64,000 nucleotides of DNA from Escherichia phage VEcB, in sequence record NC_052663.1; one strand, 5' to 3'. The notes under the pieces were generated by a model. It was not told the DNA's origin. It saw nothing but the letters and a program-made list of their open reading frames with translations, and ran no database searches. This document shows positions 56,935 to 64,000 of the stretch, piece after piece (the stretch's first letter is position 1; each line of letters begins with the position of its first letter). The translations under genes and the position numbers were made by a program.

Positions 56935-56993
56935 TTGACAGTAGCATGATTTATAAGTAAAGTAACAACAACGGCGGGAAATGGTTTCCCGCC
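56935..56993 (+). promoter_or_regulatory. Sigma70-type promoter (TTGACA-N17-TAAAGT) plus canonical hairpin GGCGGGAAA-TGG-TTTCCCGCC
   Basis: Canonical hairpin identical to the 53392 and 61294 copies. Confidence 0.55.
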
Positions 56994-57013
56994 ATCAATA
57001 AAGAGATAAGATT

Positions 57014-57373
57014 ATGAAATCAGCAAAAGCAATTAAAACTTACATTGTGTCGGCTATTTCTTTTGAAGGTACTACAACAGAAAAAGAAAAGATCACCGAA
57101 CTGATGCGCCGTTTTAACTCTGAATACTGGTATCCCGATAATCAAAAACGTTACAATTATAACGTGATCAAGGCGATAGCCTCATGGTTACAAGGTTTAC
57201 CGTCAGACATTAACATCGCCTTTGATTATAACGAGATTGATCATTTATTAATTGAATGGAAGTACATAAAAGAAACAAGCAAAGAAACAACCGTTACCCG
57301 TGAGCGGGAAAATTATTGGTTATATATTGCAAGCATGATCGTAATCCTGGCAAAACAGCATAACGTGGCGTAA
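57014..57373 (+). CDS. Hypothetical early protein
   Basis: ORF track; promoter plus canonical hairpin upstream. Confidence 0.45.
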   Translation: MKSAKAIKTYIVSAISFEGTTTEKEKITELMRRFNSEYWYPDNQKRYNYNVIKAIASWLQGLPSDINIAFDYNEIDHLLIEWKYIKETSKETTVTRERENYWLYIASMIVILAKQHNVA

Positions 57374-57388
57374 TTAAGAGGAAGAAAC

Positions 57389-57526
57389 ATGAACGCATCA
57401 CAGCAGATCGAAAAATTCAACCGCAGCAAGGCGCGTAAAGATTGGAACGAAGAGATCACCAAAAAAGGCGACAAGCGGAACAAAACAAAAAGAGATCGCA
57501 GCACAAAAAGATACTGGAACGAATAA
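57389..57526 (+). CDS. Small highly basic protein (45 aa), not in the ORF track
   Basis: ATG with AAGAGGAAG RBS; K/R-rich; immediately followed by a rho-independent terminator. Confidence 0.4.
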   Translation: MNASQQIEKFNRSKARKDWNEEITKKGDKRNKTKRDRSTKRYWNE

Positions 57527-57530
57527 CAAA

Positions 57531-57556
57531 AAAGGGCGCAATAAGCGCCCTTTTAG
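57531..57556 (+). terminator. Rho-independent terminator
   Basis: GGGCGC-AATAA-GCGCCC followed by TTTT. Confidence 0.6.
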
Positions 57557-57644
57557 CTTATATAGAGGCTTGTTACCCATAGGCAATGGTAACGCCAGGA
57601 TAAGCCTATAAACCACGTTAGACAGCTTTACAGGAGCTTTAAAA

Positions 57645-57827
57645 ATGAAATTAGACGAAATAAGCAAGGCACTAGCCCAGGGGCAAAGGTTATGCGCCCG
57701 ATATCGTGATCAATATGGCTTCATAACCAGCGGCGTGATCCTGGGGATTGAAGGCAATAAGATTTTTATTGACACGTTGAAAAACGTTGTATATAGTGAC
57801 AATATAATCTCAATAAAACATATATGA
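57645..57827 (+). CDS. Hypothetical small protein
   Basis: ORF track. Confidence 0.4.
   Translation: MKLDEISKALAQGQRLCARYRDQYGFITSGVILGIEGNKIFIDTLKNVVYSDNIISIKHI
57769..57797 (+). promoter_or_regulatory. Sigma70-type promoter (TTGACA-N17-TATAGT) embedded in the 3' end of ORF 57645..57827
   Basis: Consensus hexamers; drives the signal-peptide gene at 57836. Confidence 0.45.
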
Positions 57828-57835
57828 GGCAAGAA

Positions 57836-58237
57836 ATGAAAAAATTATTGATCGCTGGTTTAATCTCTTTTGGCATGGTTGGAACATCTAGCGCGGCGAT
57901 ATCCTCCACAGTAGCAGAATTAAGCGCCGTTGATGCAATGGAAAACGTCATGCTTATTAATAATGCGATCCCCGATGAAATCATGGAGGATTCACACATG
58001 ATCGCTTATGGTGCTGTTACACAACTAACGGCAAAAATAGATAAATCTATTGTTAACGGCTTAAATGAAGATGTGCCATGTGAAATTATTACCAGTGTGC
58101 TGACTACTCAAAATTTTACGCCGTGGTTAAAAAGTATTCAAAAAGTACACAGTACAGCCGCAGATCGTAGTAATGAAAAACTAGTGTCAGCACTTGCAAC
58201 GTATACCCTAGCAAAATGCACCGAGATAAAAGATTGA
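57836..58237 (+). CDS. Predicted secreted/periplasmic protein
   Basis: Signal peptide MKKLLIAGLISFGMVGTSSA; promoter TTGACA-N17-TATAGT inside the 3' end of the upstream ORF. Confidence 0.45.
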   Translation: MKKLLIAGLISFGMVGTSSAAISSTVAELSAVDAMENVMLINNAIPDEIMEDSHMIAYGAVTQLTAKIDKSIVNGLNEDVPCEIITSVLTTQNFTPWLKSIQKVHSTAADRSNEKLVSALATYTLAKCTEIKD

Positions 58238-58262
58238 CAACATAGAAAGCACGTTATAAGAT
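58234..58262 (+). promoter_or_regulatory. Sigma70-type promoter (TTGACA-N17-TAAGAT), no hairpin
   Basis: Consensus -35; upstream of 58285..58587. Confidence 0.5.
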
Positions 58263-58284
58263 ACACACAACAAAGGAGAACTAC

Positions 58285-58587
58285 ATGAACGGCATAGCTA
58301 AAACGTTTTTTCTTTTTTCTGGTGTAAATGATCCATCAATAAAAGTCGATAGTGTAAAAGAAAACAATACTATCACCGCTAAATTGTTTCAAGATGAAAC
58401 AAATAACGTGCTAATCATTAATCTTAAAGAAATAACGAAAGGTTATTATACTATTGCTTACCATGCAATCTATCATGCTGGTACTAGTGAGGAAGTGCAA
58501 ACAAGCAACAACGAAAGCGCGGCGCTACCTGGTGATCTGGTGCTGGGCGTTATCAGTTTAATTGTCAATGATTTTTTTAAGGAGTAA
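58285..58587 (+). CDS. Hypothetical protein
   Basis: ORF track; promoter TTGACA ... TAAGAT upstream; RBS AAAGGAG. Confidence 0.45.
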   Translation: MNGIAKTFFLFSGVNDPSIKVDSVKENNTITAKLFQDETNNVLIINLKEITKGYYTIAYHAIYHAGTSEEVQTSNNESAALPGDLVLGVISLIVNDFFKE

Positions 58588-58591
58588 AACC

Positions 58592-58687
58592 ATGCCCTAT
58601 TTACATTTATTTTTCGGGATCTTATTGTCAGGATCTTTTTTCTTCTGTATACTTGTTTCTATTGTAAACCACGTTTTAAGACATTAA
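58592..58687 (+). CDS. Small hydrophobic peptide (31 aa), not in the ORF track
   Basis: ATG 4 nt after the upstream stop; RBS AAGGAG embedded in the upstream gene end. Confidence 0.3.
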   Translation: MPYLHLFFGILLSGSFFFCILVSIVNHVLRH

Positions 58688-58696
58688 GGAAACAAC

Positions 58697-58816
58697 ATGA
58701 AAATTATTCCCGTACAGTATAGCGTAATAAATCCAGCATATGAGGAAGGAAGGAAAACAAGCATGGTTTTATGTTATATTGCTACTATAGCCATGTTGTT
58801 ATATATTGTGTTTTAA
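58697..58816 (+). CDS. Small peptide with C-terminal hydrophobic helix (39 aa), not in the ORF track
   Basis: ATG with AAGGAAAC RBS. Confidence 0.3.
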   Translation: MKIIPVQYSVINPAYEEGRKTSMVLCYIATIAMLLYIVF

Positions 58817-58845
58817 TAGGTTTTATAGTTGTACGCTTTAAAGGC

Positions 58846-58880
58846 TTGACAATTTTTTGTTATGCTTTAAACTATATCTT
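58846..58880 (+). promoter_or_regulatory. Sigma70-type promoter (TTGACA ... TAAACT)
   Basis: Consensus -35; upstream of 58917..59240. Confidence 0.45.
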
Positions 58881-58916
58881 GAAAACGGCAAAGGCCGCAA
58901 ACAAAAGGGTAAAATT

Positions 58917-59240
58917 ATGAAATCTGTGATCGGTGTTTATTTGGATAACTCTGATTTTTTCTATCATCGCGCTCGTTTCCTTGATGCGATTGAAATGATA
59001 GAATCAGGCTTTAAAGAGTATCGCCTTGCACATGATGACCTGGAAGCATTACAGGGCAATAGTGTTTTTACATTGCAAGCTAAAGCACTATGCAAAAGCC
59101 GAATCGACATTGCGAGCAAAAAGATAGAACGCGGCATGTCCTGGTTGCGCACCGCAGAAATCAACATGGGGCAATGGTACGGCGAAAACTTAGAAAATAA
59201 ACATGCTTTTGTCAATGTAGAAAATATTGAAGATTATTGA
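58917..59240 (+). CDS. Hypothetical early protein (start at internal ATG)
   Basis: Promoter TTGACA at ~58846; RBS AAAGGGTAAAA. Confidence 0.45.
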   Translation: MKSVIGVYLDNSDFFYHRARFLDAIEMIESGFKEYRLAHDDLEALQGNSVFTLQAKALCKSRIDIASKKIERGMSWLRTAEINMGQWYGENLENKHAFVNVENIEDY

Positions 59241-59302
59241 TTGACAGCACACTGAACGGGTAGTATATTGTATCTCATAGAGCGGGGAAATGGTTTCCCC
59301 GC
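59241..59302 (+). promoter_or_regulatory. Sigma70-type promoter (TTGACA-N17-TATATT) plus hairpin GCGGGGAAA-TGG-TTTCCCCGC
   Basis: Same architecture. Confidence 0.55.
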
Positions 59303-59322
59303 CTTAAAAGAAGAGATAAGCT

Positions 59323-59607
59323 ATGAAGATCACAAAAGCACTTTCCAACTATGCAGCACGTCGCGGCTTATGTTTAACCGTTGAAAACCTGGGGAAAGAA
59401 GATTTTTTGTGCTTTTGGGAGCTTGAGAATGATAATGAGTGGATCTTCTCTTATTCTATCTGCGAAGATCAAAACGGTTGTTTATTAACCTGGCGCGGTA
59501 ATATCTATCTACCGGAAGAAATCAAAGAAGAATTGCCAGGCACGATCATGACTGAGAAACAGCTTAAGGAAGTGATTAATTTTGTAGGGCAAAACATTAA
59601 AAAATAA
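59323..59607 (+). CDS. Hypothetical early protein
   Basis: ORF track; promoter plus hairpin upstream. Confidence 0.45.
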   Translation: MKITKALSNYAARRGLCLTVENLGKEDFLCFWELENDNEWIFSYSICEDQNGCLLTWRGNIYLPEEIKEELPGTIMTEKQLKEVINFVGQNIKK

Positions 59608-59608
59608 T

Positions 59609-59668
59609 TTGACACTAGGCAAACAACGTAGTAAAGTTTATCACATAGGGCGGGAAATGGTTTCCCGC
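59609..59668 (+). promoter_or_regulatory. Sigma70-type promoter (TTGACA-N17-TAAAGT) plus hairpin GGGCGGGAAA-TGG-TTTCCCGC
   Basis: Same architecture. Confidence 0.55.
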
Positions 59669-59691
59669 TCACAACAGAAGAGAAACACATC

Positions 59692-59862
59692 ATGATCCCG
59701 ACTATGTTTTACGTATCGCGCAAAGGTCACAATATTTTTTGGTCTGAAGATTTAAATGAAGCCATGACGTTTGCCCGTGATCGTGTTGCTATCGGTGGCG
59801 TTAACATTACTGTAACCGATGAAAACGGCATTGAATACTATAACGGCGACGATGAAGAGTAA
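59692..59862 (+). CDS. Small early protein (56 aa), not in the ORF track
   Basis: ATG with AGAAGAGAAA RBS after promoter plus hairpin. Confidence 0.4.
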   Translation: MIPTMFYVSRKGHNIFWSEDLNEAMTFARDRVAIGGVNITVTDENGIEYYNGDDEE

Positions 59863-59869
59863 TTAATAA

Positions 59870-59890
59870 GGCGGGGGAGTATTCCCCGCC
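59870..59890 (+). promoter_or_regulatory. Leader-type hairpin (GGCGGGGGA-GTA-TTCCCCGCC) without an adjacent consensus promoter
   Basis: Occurs between a stop codon and the RBS of 59910..60179. Confidence 0.4.
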
Positions 59891-59909
59891 GTCAATAAAG
59901 AGGTAAATC

Positions 59910-60179
59910 ATGAAAATATCTTTGGACGTTGCAATCAAGGCCATCGAATCCGGTTACACCCTGGTTAAAGATGATAAGGCTAAAACCGTGCACCACGTTA
60001 ACAAGGAAACAGGCGAAAGCATGATCACATATAAAGCCGCCTACTTTCTCCAATCAGTAGCAGATCCGCGCGTACAACGCCAGGTTACGGCGGCTATTGC
60101 TAAAAAATTATGTGCTTTACAGGGTATAAGTTTTAACGAGATCGCCCCGTGTTTTGACTGGTCGAGCTTGAAAAAATAG
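59910..60179 (+). CDS. Hypothetical early protein
   Basis: ORF track; preceded by a leader-type hairpin without an obvious promoter. Confidence 0.45.
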   Translation: MKISLDVAIKAIESGYTLVKDDKAKTVHHVNKETGESMITYKAAYFLQSVADPRVQRQVTAAIAKKLCALQGISFNEIAPCFDWSSLKK

Positions 60180-60180
60180 T

Positions 60181-60237
60181 TTGACAACAATTATAAATCG
60201 GGTAGAATGTATTTCGTAGGGCGGCAATAGTGCCGCT
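60181..60237 (+). promoter_or_regulatory. Sigma70-type promoter (TTGACA-N16-TAGAAT) plus hairpin GGGCGGCA-ATA-GTGCCGCTC
   Basis: Hairpin identical to the 56408-56427 copy. Confidence 0.55.
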
Positions 60238-60259
60238 CATAACTAAAAGAGAAATCAGC

Positions 60260-60454
60260 ATGGCGCTTAAAAAACTAACAAGCAATACTCGTTGGGATGA
60301 AATCGACGGAGAAGTTTACATTTTCGCCCGTAAACCAGGTGATCAAAAATGGTCAAAGGCTTTTACTTGCCACCCTGCAACAATAGATCTAATAAAAAGT
60401 AAAGGTTTACGTGAAGCGGTAGCAAGAAGTTTACTGATCCCTTATAAAAAATAG
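60260..60454 (+). CDS. Hypothetical small protein (start at internal ATG)
   Basis: Promoter TTGACA-N16-TAGAAT plus hairpin upstream. Confidence 0.4.
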   Translation: MALKKLTSNTRWDEIDGEVYIFARKPGDQKWSKAFTCHPATIDLIKSKGLREAVARSLLIPYKK

Positions 60455-60455
60455 T

Positions 60456-60517
60456 TTGACAATACGCGGTTATCTGGTAAAGTGTACGACATAGGGCGGG
60501 GCAATAAGGCAACGCCC
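60456..60517 (+). promoter_or_regulatory. Sigma70-type promoter (TTGACA-N16-TAAAGT) plus degenerate GC-rich hairpin
   Basis: Same architecture. Confidence 0.45.
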
Positions 60518-60535
60518 ATTAATGAGGGTAGAATC

Positions 60536-60640
60536 ATGTTAGAGAAAATTTTCACGGTTGTAGTAGTTGGCCTGGCGTTATCGGTTGGATTGGTTGCAAC
60601 TATGGCTAACATGATCCTATCTTCCCACGGTATTGGATAA
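60536..60640 (+). CDS. Small hydrophobic peptide (34 aa), not in the ORF track
   Basis: ATG with GAGGG RBS; single TM-like helix. Confidence 0.3.
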   Translation: MLEKIFTVVVVGLALSVGLVATMANMILSSHGIG

Positions 60641-60650
60641 GGTGAATCAA

Positions 60651-60866
60651 ATGATCACGAATAAGACAGGTAAAACAGAATTTTTACGCGGCTTGCAAAT
60701 AGGTAAGCCTGAGATCTGGCATTGCACTAAATCCGCGCATAATGAAATGAAAGATTTTACCGCTACTTTACAACGTGTTAAAATATCTATCACACAGAAA
60801 AAAGCCTTGTTAGTAGTAGAAAACGAGATACCGCAAACCATTATTATTGTCGAGCGTACAGCATGA
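60651..60866 (+). CDS. Hypothetical small protein (start at internal ATG)
   Basis: RBS AAGGTGA. Confidence 0.4.
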   Translation: MITNKTGKTEFLRGLQIGKPEIWHCTKSAHNEMKDFTATLQRVKISITQKKALLVVENEIPQTIIIVERTA

Positions 60867-61249
60867 AAACAGAAATCATTATTGAAATCATCAACGGTTA
60901 TAAAGAAGCCTTTATTTTTGCTGAATCAGCCAGGGATCATGAAGGTAATTTTATTGATAACTTAGACGATTATGATTTTTCAGATCAAGCCCACCAGCGG
61001 ATCATTCATGACGTAGCGGCTTATTGTGATGCCAATGATGCTGCTATCTCTGAGGCAATGAGCGACGGCGCAACAGCAAACCAGATCGGGAATGATTTAC
61101 ATTTTACCCGTAACGGTCACGGCGTAGGCTTTTGGGATCGCCCTGAAATATACACTACTAACACCGCCAACCGCCTAACAAATGCAGCTAAATTAATGCC
61201 ATCGGTGCATGCTTACATTGGTGAAGATAATTTGATTTATATCGAATAA
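60863..61249 (+). CDS. Hypothetical acidic protein
   Basis: ORF track; overlapping stop/start; D/E-rich. Confidence 0.4.
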   Translation: MKTEIIIEIINGYKEAFIFAESARDHEGNFIDNLDDYDFSDQAHQRIIHDVAAYCDANDAAISEAMSDGATANQIGNDLHFTRNGHGVGFWDRPEIYTTNTANRLTNAAKLMPSVHAYIGEDNLIYIE

Positions 61250-61255
61250 AAAGTA

Positions 61256-61314
61256 TTGACACCGATCCCCAATATGGTATTATTTACCACGTAGGCGGGA
61301 AATGGTTTCCCGCC
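61256..61314 (+). promoter_or_regulatory. Sigma70-type promoter (TTGACA-N16-TATTAT) plus canonical hairpin
   Basis: Canonical GGCGGGAAA-TGG-TTTCCCGCC. Confidence 0.6.
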
Positions 61315-61337
61315 AGGTAATCAAAAAGGTAAATACT

Positions 61338-61727
61338 ATGCGCAACCTGGTTTCTGTTTCTAACGTTGAAAAATTTCAATCTTTACAGGGTATCGTTAAC
61401 AACGTAGCGCCTTTTTTAGTCAACGGCTTGATTGCAAAGATGAAAAATAAACATCATGCGGCATGGTCTGCTTACTGCTTTGATAATGATGAAAAAGCGG
61501 CTGAAATGATGTTAAATATGCTGTTAGACAGTGTAGAATCATCTTTACCGGAAAACATCGCAGAAGAGATCACCTATCGTTATAATATGGCGATCACTTA
61601 CCAGGAGGTTGCGCAATTTAATATGATGGACGATGACGAACAACAGGATCAGGAAATGTTTTGGGAGTATGCAGATCGTCAATCGGCTTTTGATGAAAAG
61701 TTAGCAATGTATTATAACGAATATTAA
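61338..61727 (+). CDS. Hypothetical acidic protein (start at internal ATG after the leader hairpin)
   Basis: Promoter TTGACA-N16-TATTAT plus canonical hairpin; acidic tract MMDDDEQQDQEMFWEY; terminator downstream. Confidence 0.45.
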   Translation: MRNLVSVSNVEKFQSLQGIVNNVAPFLVNGLIAKMKNKHHAAWSAYCFDNDEKAAEMMLNMLLDSVESSLPENIAEEITYRYNMAITYQEVAQFNMMDDDEQQDQEMFWEYADRQSAFDEKLAMYYNEY

Positions 61728-61740
61728 TACACGGTAAAAG

Positions 61741-61770
61741 AAAGGGGCGCACTAAGCGCCCTTTTTTTTT
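61741..61770 (+). terminator. Rho-independent terminator
   Basis: GGGGCGC-ACTAA-GCGCCC followed by a T9 run. Confidence 0.7.
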
Positions 61771-62115
61771 GTATTCTTTTTTCACGATGGAAGTAACACG
61801 TAAAGAATAGGCGTAAAGGTGGCGTAAAACAGCCTAAAACCGATTATAACCGCTTAAACAAGGTAGGAATGATTAATCACCTTACCAGGATGAAAAAGCT
61901 GTTATAAAGCTATCTAGGGCGTTTAAAGAACATAGGAAATAATTTGCTTTTTATCTTGCCTTTTATCCTGCTTTTGATTATTATTATGGAACGGGCGGCA
62001 CCTGGGGACAGGGGAAGATAATCACCGGAAGATCCCGCTATATATTGATAGCTAACATCTATCAAACAACAAAACATCAAAGGAATAAACTATCAAATCT
62101 TTACAATCTTATCTA

Positions 62116-62144
62116 TTGACCGATAAATCATAACCGTTTAATAT
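62116..62144 (+). promoter_or_regulatory. Sigma70-type promoter (TTGACC-N17-TAATAT)
   Basis: Near-consensus hexamers upstream of 62193..62429. Confidence 0.45.
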
Positions 62145-62192
62145 TGTTTTTAGAGGGTAGAACATACCCAAAACGAAAACAGGAAAAAGAAA

Positions 62193-62429
62193 ATGAAAGA
62201 AGTCATGATCCTCAAAAAATCACCTATTTTACGTGGTGGCTTTATCGCTTACTCTGATGATCTGTTAATTGCAACGGTTGCAAAAATACTAAAATCAGAA
62301 GAGGATAGTAAAAACGGCGTTTATCGTATCTGTTTCACCCGTGGGAAATTGCAAGGCAAGATCGCCTATGCTTTTGATTTACAAGATGTAAATGATAAAA
62401 TCTGCGCTGTTATTGATTATGCAAAATAA
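62193..62429 (+). CDS. Hypothetical small protein
   Basis: Promoter TTGACC-N17-TAATAT upstream. Confidence 0.4.
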   Translation: MKEVMILKKSPILRGGFIAYSDDLLIATVAKILKSEEDSKNGVYRICFTRGKLQGKIAYAFDLQDVNDKICAVIDYAK

Positions 62430-62441
62430 TTAACTTTCTTA

Positions 62442-62470
62442 TTGACACCGGATCACGCTTACATTATTAT
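62442..62470 (+). promoter_or_regulatory. Sigma70-type promoter (TTGACA-N17-TATTAT) with degenerate leader (CACGTAGGGCAAATCATTTT)
   Basis: Consensus -35; leader keeps the CAC-TAGGGC start but lost the stem. Confidence 0.5.
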
Positions 62471-62516
62471 TTATCACGTAGGGCAAATCATTTTAAACGG
62501 TAAACGAGGAATCACC

Positions 62517-62900
62517 ATGAGCAATATCATCAACCTGGCGGCTACTGTAAACGGTAAAGACTTTAACGGCGCTGTAGATCGTGATCCTATGTGGTGCTTG
62601 TCAGTATTTAAAGGTGATTTAGTTGAAGTTAGAACAACCGAAGGGTATAGCGATGATTATAAATGCGAGATCCATTTACATAACTGGTACACGGGTAAAA
62701 CTTATGCGCTGAATCACGCGTTTATCGGGAAAATTGAATATCGTGAGATGATCGACGAAGAAACGGGGCAAGATTTTAGCCAGCATGTTTATATTCGTTC
62801 CGAAACATTAGCCGAACGTTTGATCGAGAAAATGAAAGCAAAAAATAAAATTAATTTATCTCATTGGATTGATATAACAAACGATCCTGCTTATCAGTAA
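62517..62900 (+). CDS. Hypothetical protein (start at internal ATG)
   Basis: Promoter TTGACA-N17-TATTAT upstream; terminator downstream. Confidence 0.45.
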   Translation: MSNIINLAATVNGKDFNGAVDRDPMWCLSVFKGDLVEVRTTEGYSDDYKCEIHLHNWYTGKTYALNHAFIGKIEYREMIDEETGQDFSQHVYIRSETLAERLIEKMKAKNKINLSHWIDITNDPAYQ

Positions 62901-62912
62901 ATAACATTTCAT

Positions 62913-62945
62913 ACCAGGGCGCACAAAGCGCCCTTTCTTTTTACC
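62913..62945 (+). terminator. Rho-independent terminator closing the small-gene array
   Basis: AGGGCGC-ACAAA-GCGCCCT followed by TTCTTTTT. Confidence 0.6.
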
Positions 62946-63149
62946 TAAATAAAGATGATAGCTTTTACCTATCAAAAACGTTCACCGAAAAAAGTGAATA
63001 GATCGCGGTATCGAGCTAATCAAGGAGCAGATGAATAACCATACCATGAAGATCATAAGGCGTTTACAACGTGTTTTAGACCGCTTGTTTTTAATTTCTT
63101 CATGCAACTATCTGGCAAAAACAGCCTTTTTCTTGTCTTTCCTCTTAAA

Positions 63150-63222
63150 TAATAATCATTCTCATTTATAGCTGATTATTTATGCAATAAACTGAATAAT
63201 GTAATAATGATAATCATTCTTA
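63150..63222. promoter_or_regulatory. Two further Fur-box-like palindromes
   Basis: AATAATCATTCTCATT at ~63151 and TAATAATGATAATCATTCT at ~63202 (16/19 to the Fur-box consensus, core AATGATAATCATT exact). Confidence 0.45.
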
Positions 63223-64000
63223 ACTTAAGGCCATCTAACCTATAAAATAATAAGCTATCTAACTAAATTAAAGCTAATTATCTCACCTTTATTTATAACT
63301 TACTGTTACTATCTCATTGATAACCTTATATTAAACAACAATAACTAATATAAATCATTACCAAGCTAAATATAATCTATCTAACCTTTAAAACTATAAC
63401 TATAATCTATTGAATTATTGCACAAAGTAACTATTAAATCGTTAGTAACATTACTAAATAATTCATATCCTATCTATTTATGATCTAACCTTTACCTTCT
63501 TATCTATTACCTAAGTAATCATTTCATACAATAACTATAACAAGAAATATAATTCGCAAGCGTATCATTAGCAGCCTATGCCGGACACATAGGCGGCTAA
63601 TAATAACGCAACTACACACCCCACATAATAACCATCACCGATAGTTATTATTTGTGCTTATGTAGCTTGCAACAATTGCAAGCGCAACAATATACATGGT
63701 ATATTGTATTCCCTTACATTGTTGCGGTGCGTTATTATTAGCTAATGTTTAGAACATTGGCTATAATATAAGCTATCCAATAATAAACATAATGAATAAT
63801 GATACTGAAATGAATAATGACACTGATGATCATAATGCGCCACCTTCCAGGGGGCGCTATGTGAACACAAAGAAATCTTTCTTGTCAAGAAAAATATTAC
63901 CACTATTGCGCAAAATTATTTTTATCTGAATAGATGATTTTTCATACTATTGCCCCCTTGATTATTACTATTTGTTGAGTATAGTTATCCCTATTTGTTG

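Noticed and set aside
63791-63928. 45-aa ORF beginning MNNDTEMNNDTDD in the terminal non-coding region
   Set aside because: Arises from a direct DNA repeat (ATGAATAATGA(T/C)ACTGA x2) with no RBS; more likely a repeat than a gene.
1-64000. Assignment to a named phage group
   Set aside because: No single named group matches the gene content (T7-type primase-helicase, family A polymerase, intron in nrdD, intein, Ter-like genes); without a database search the placement is left open.

Overview
This window reads as an internal segment of a virulent tailed phage (Caudoviricetes) genome, AT-rich with dense sigma70-type signals; no integrase, CRISPR array or tRNA gene was recognised by eye. It has three blocks. 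(1) 1-8554, + strand: a tail fibre/tailspike module (coiled-coil fibre, tail fibre assembly protein, beta-helix tailspike, collagen-like fibre, Ig-like/esterase-like fibre). (2) 8590-47038, - strand: replication and auxiliary genes, including a beta-class DNA methyltransferase, an SSB-like protein, family A DNA polymerase, T7 gp4-like primase-helicase, a glycosyltransferase-like cluster, a Ter-like cluster (TerD, vWA, TelA-like, TerC) next to a translationally coupled HAD/PRTase/macro-like operon, nrdG, nrdD split by a group I intron carrying an HNH endonuclease, and an SF1 helicase carrying an intein. (3) 47157-62900, + strand: about 30 small early-type genes; from 53.3 kb on most have their own near-consensus sigma70 promoter followed by a conserved leader hairpin (GGCGGGAAA-TGG-TTTCCCGCC and variants); a NADAR-domain gene closes the first part of this block. 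Between them (51903-53400) lies an AT-rich non-coding region with three ~65-bp direct repeats, a cluster of Fur-box-like 13-bp palindromes and a GC-rich island; the window ends in another AT-rich, palindrome-rich non-coding region. The most striking content is the phage-borne Ter-like cluster and the promoter-plus-hairpin small-gene array. All calls are from reading the sequence and the supplied ORF track; coordinates of features not in the track are approximate (about +/-2 nt), and no database search or HMM could be run.
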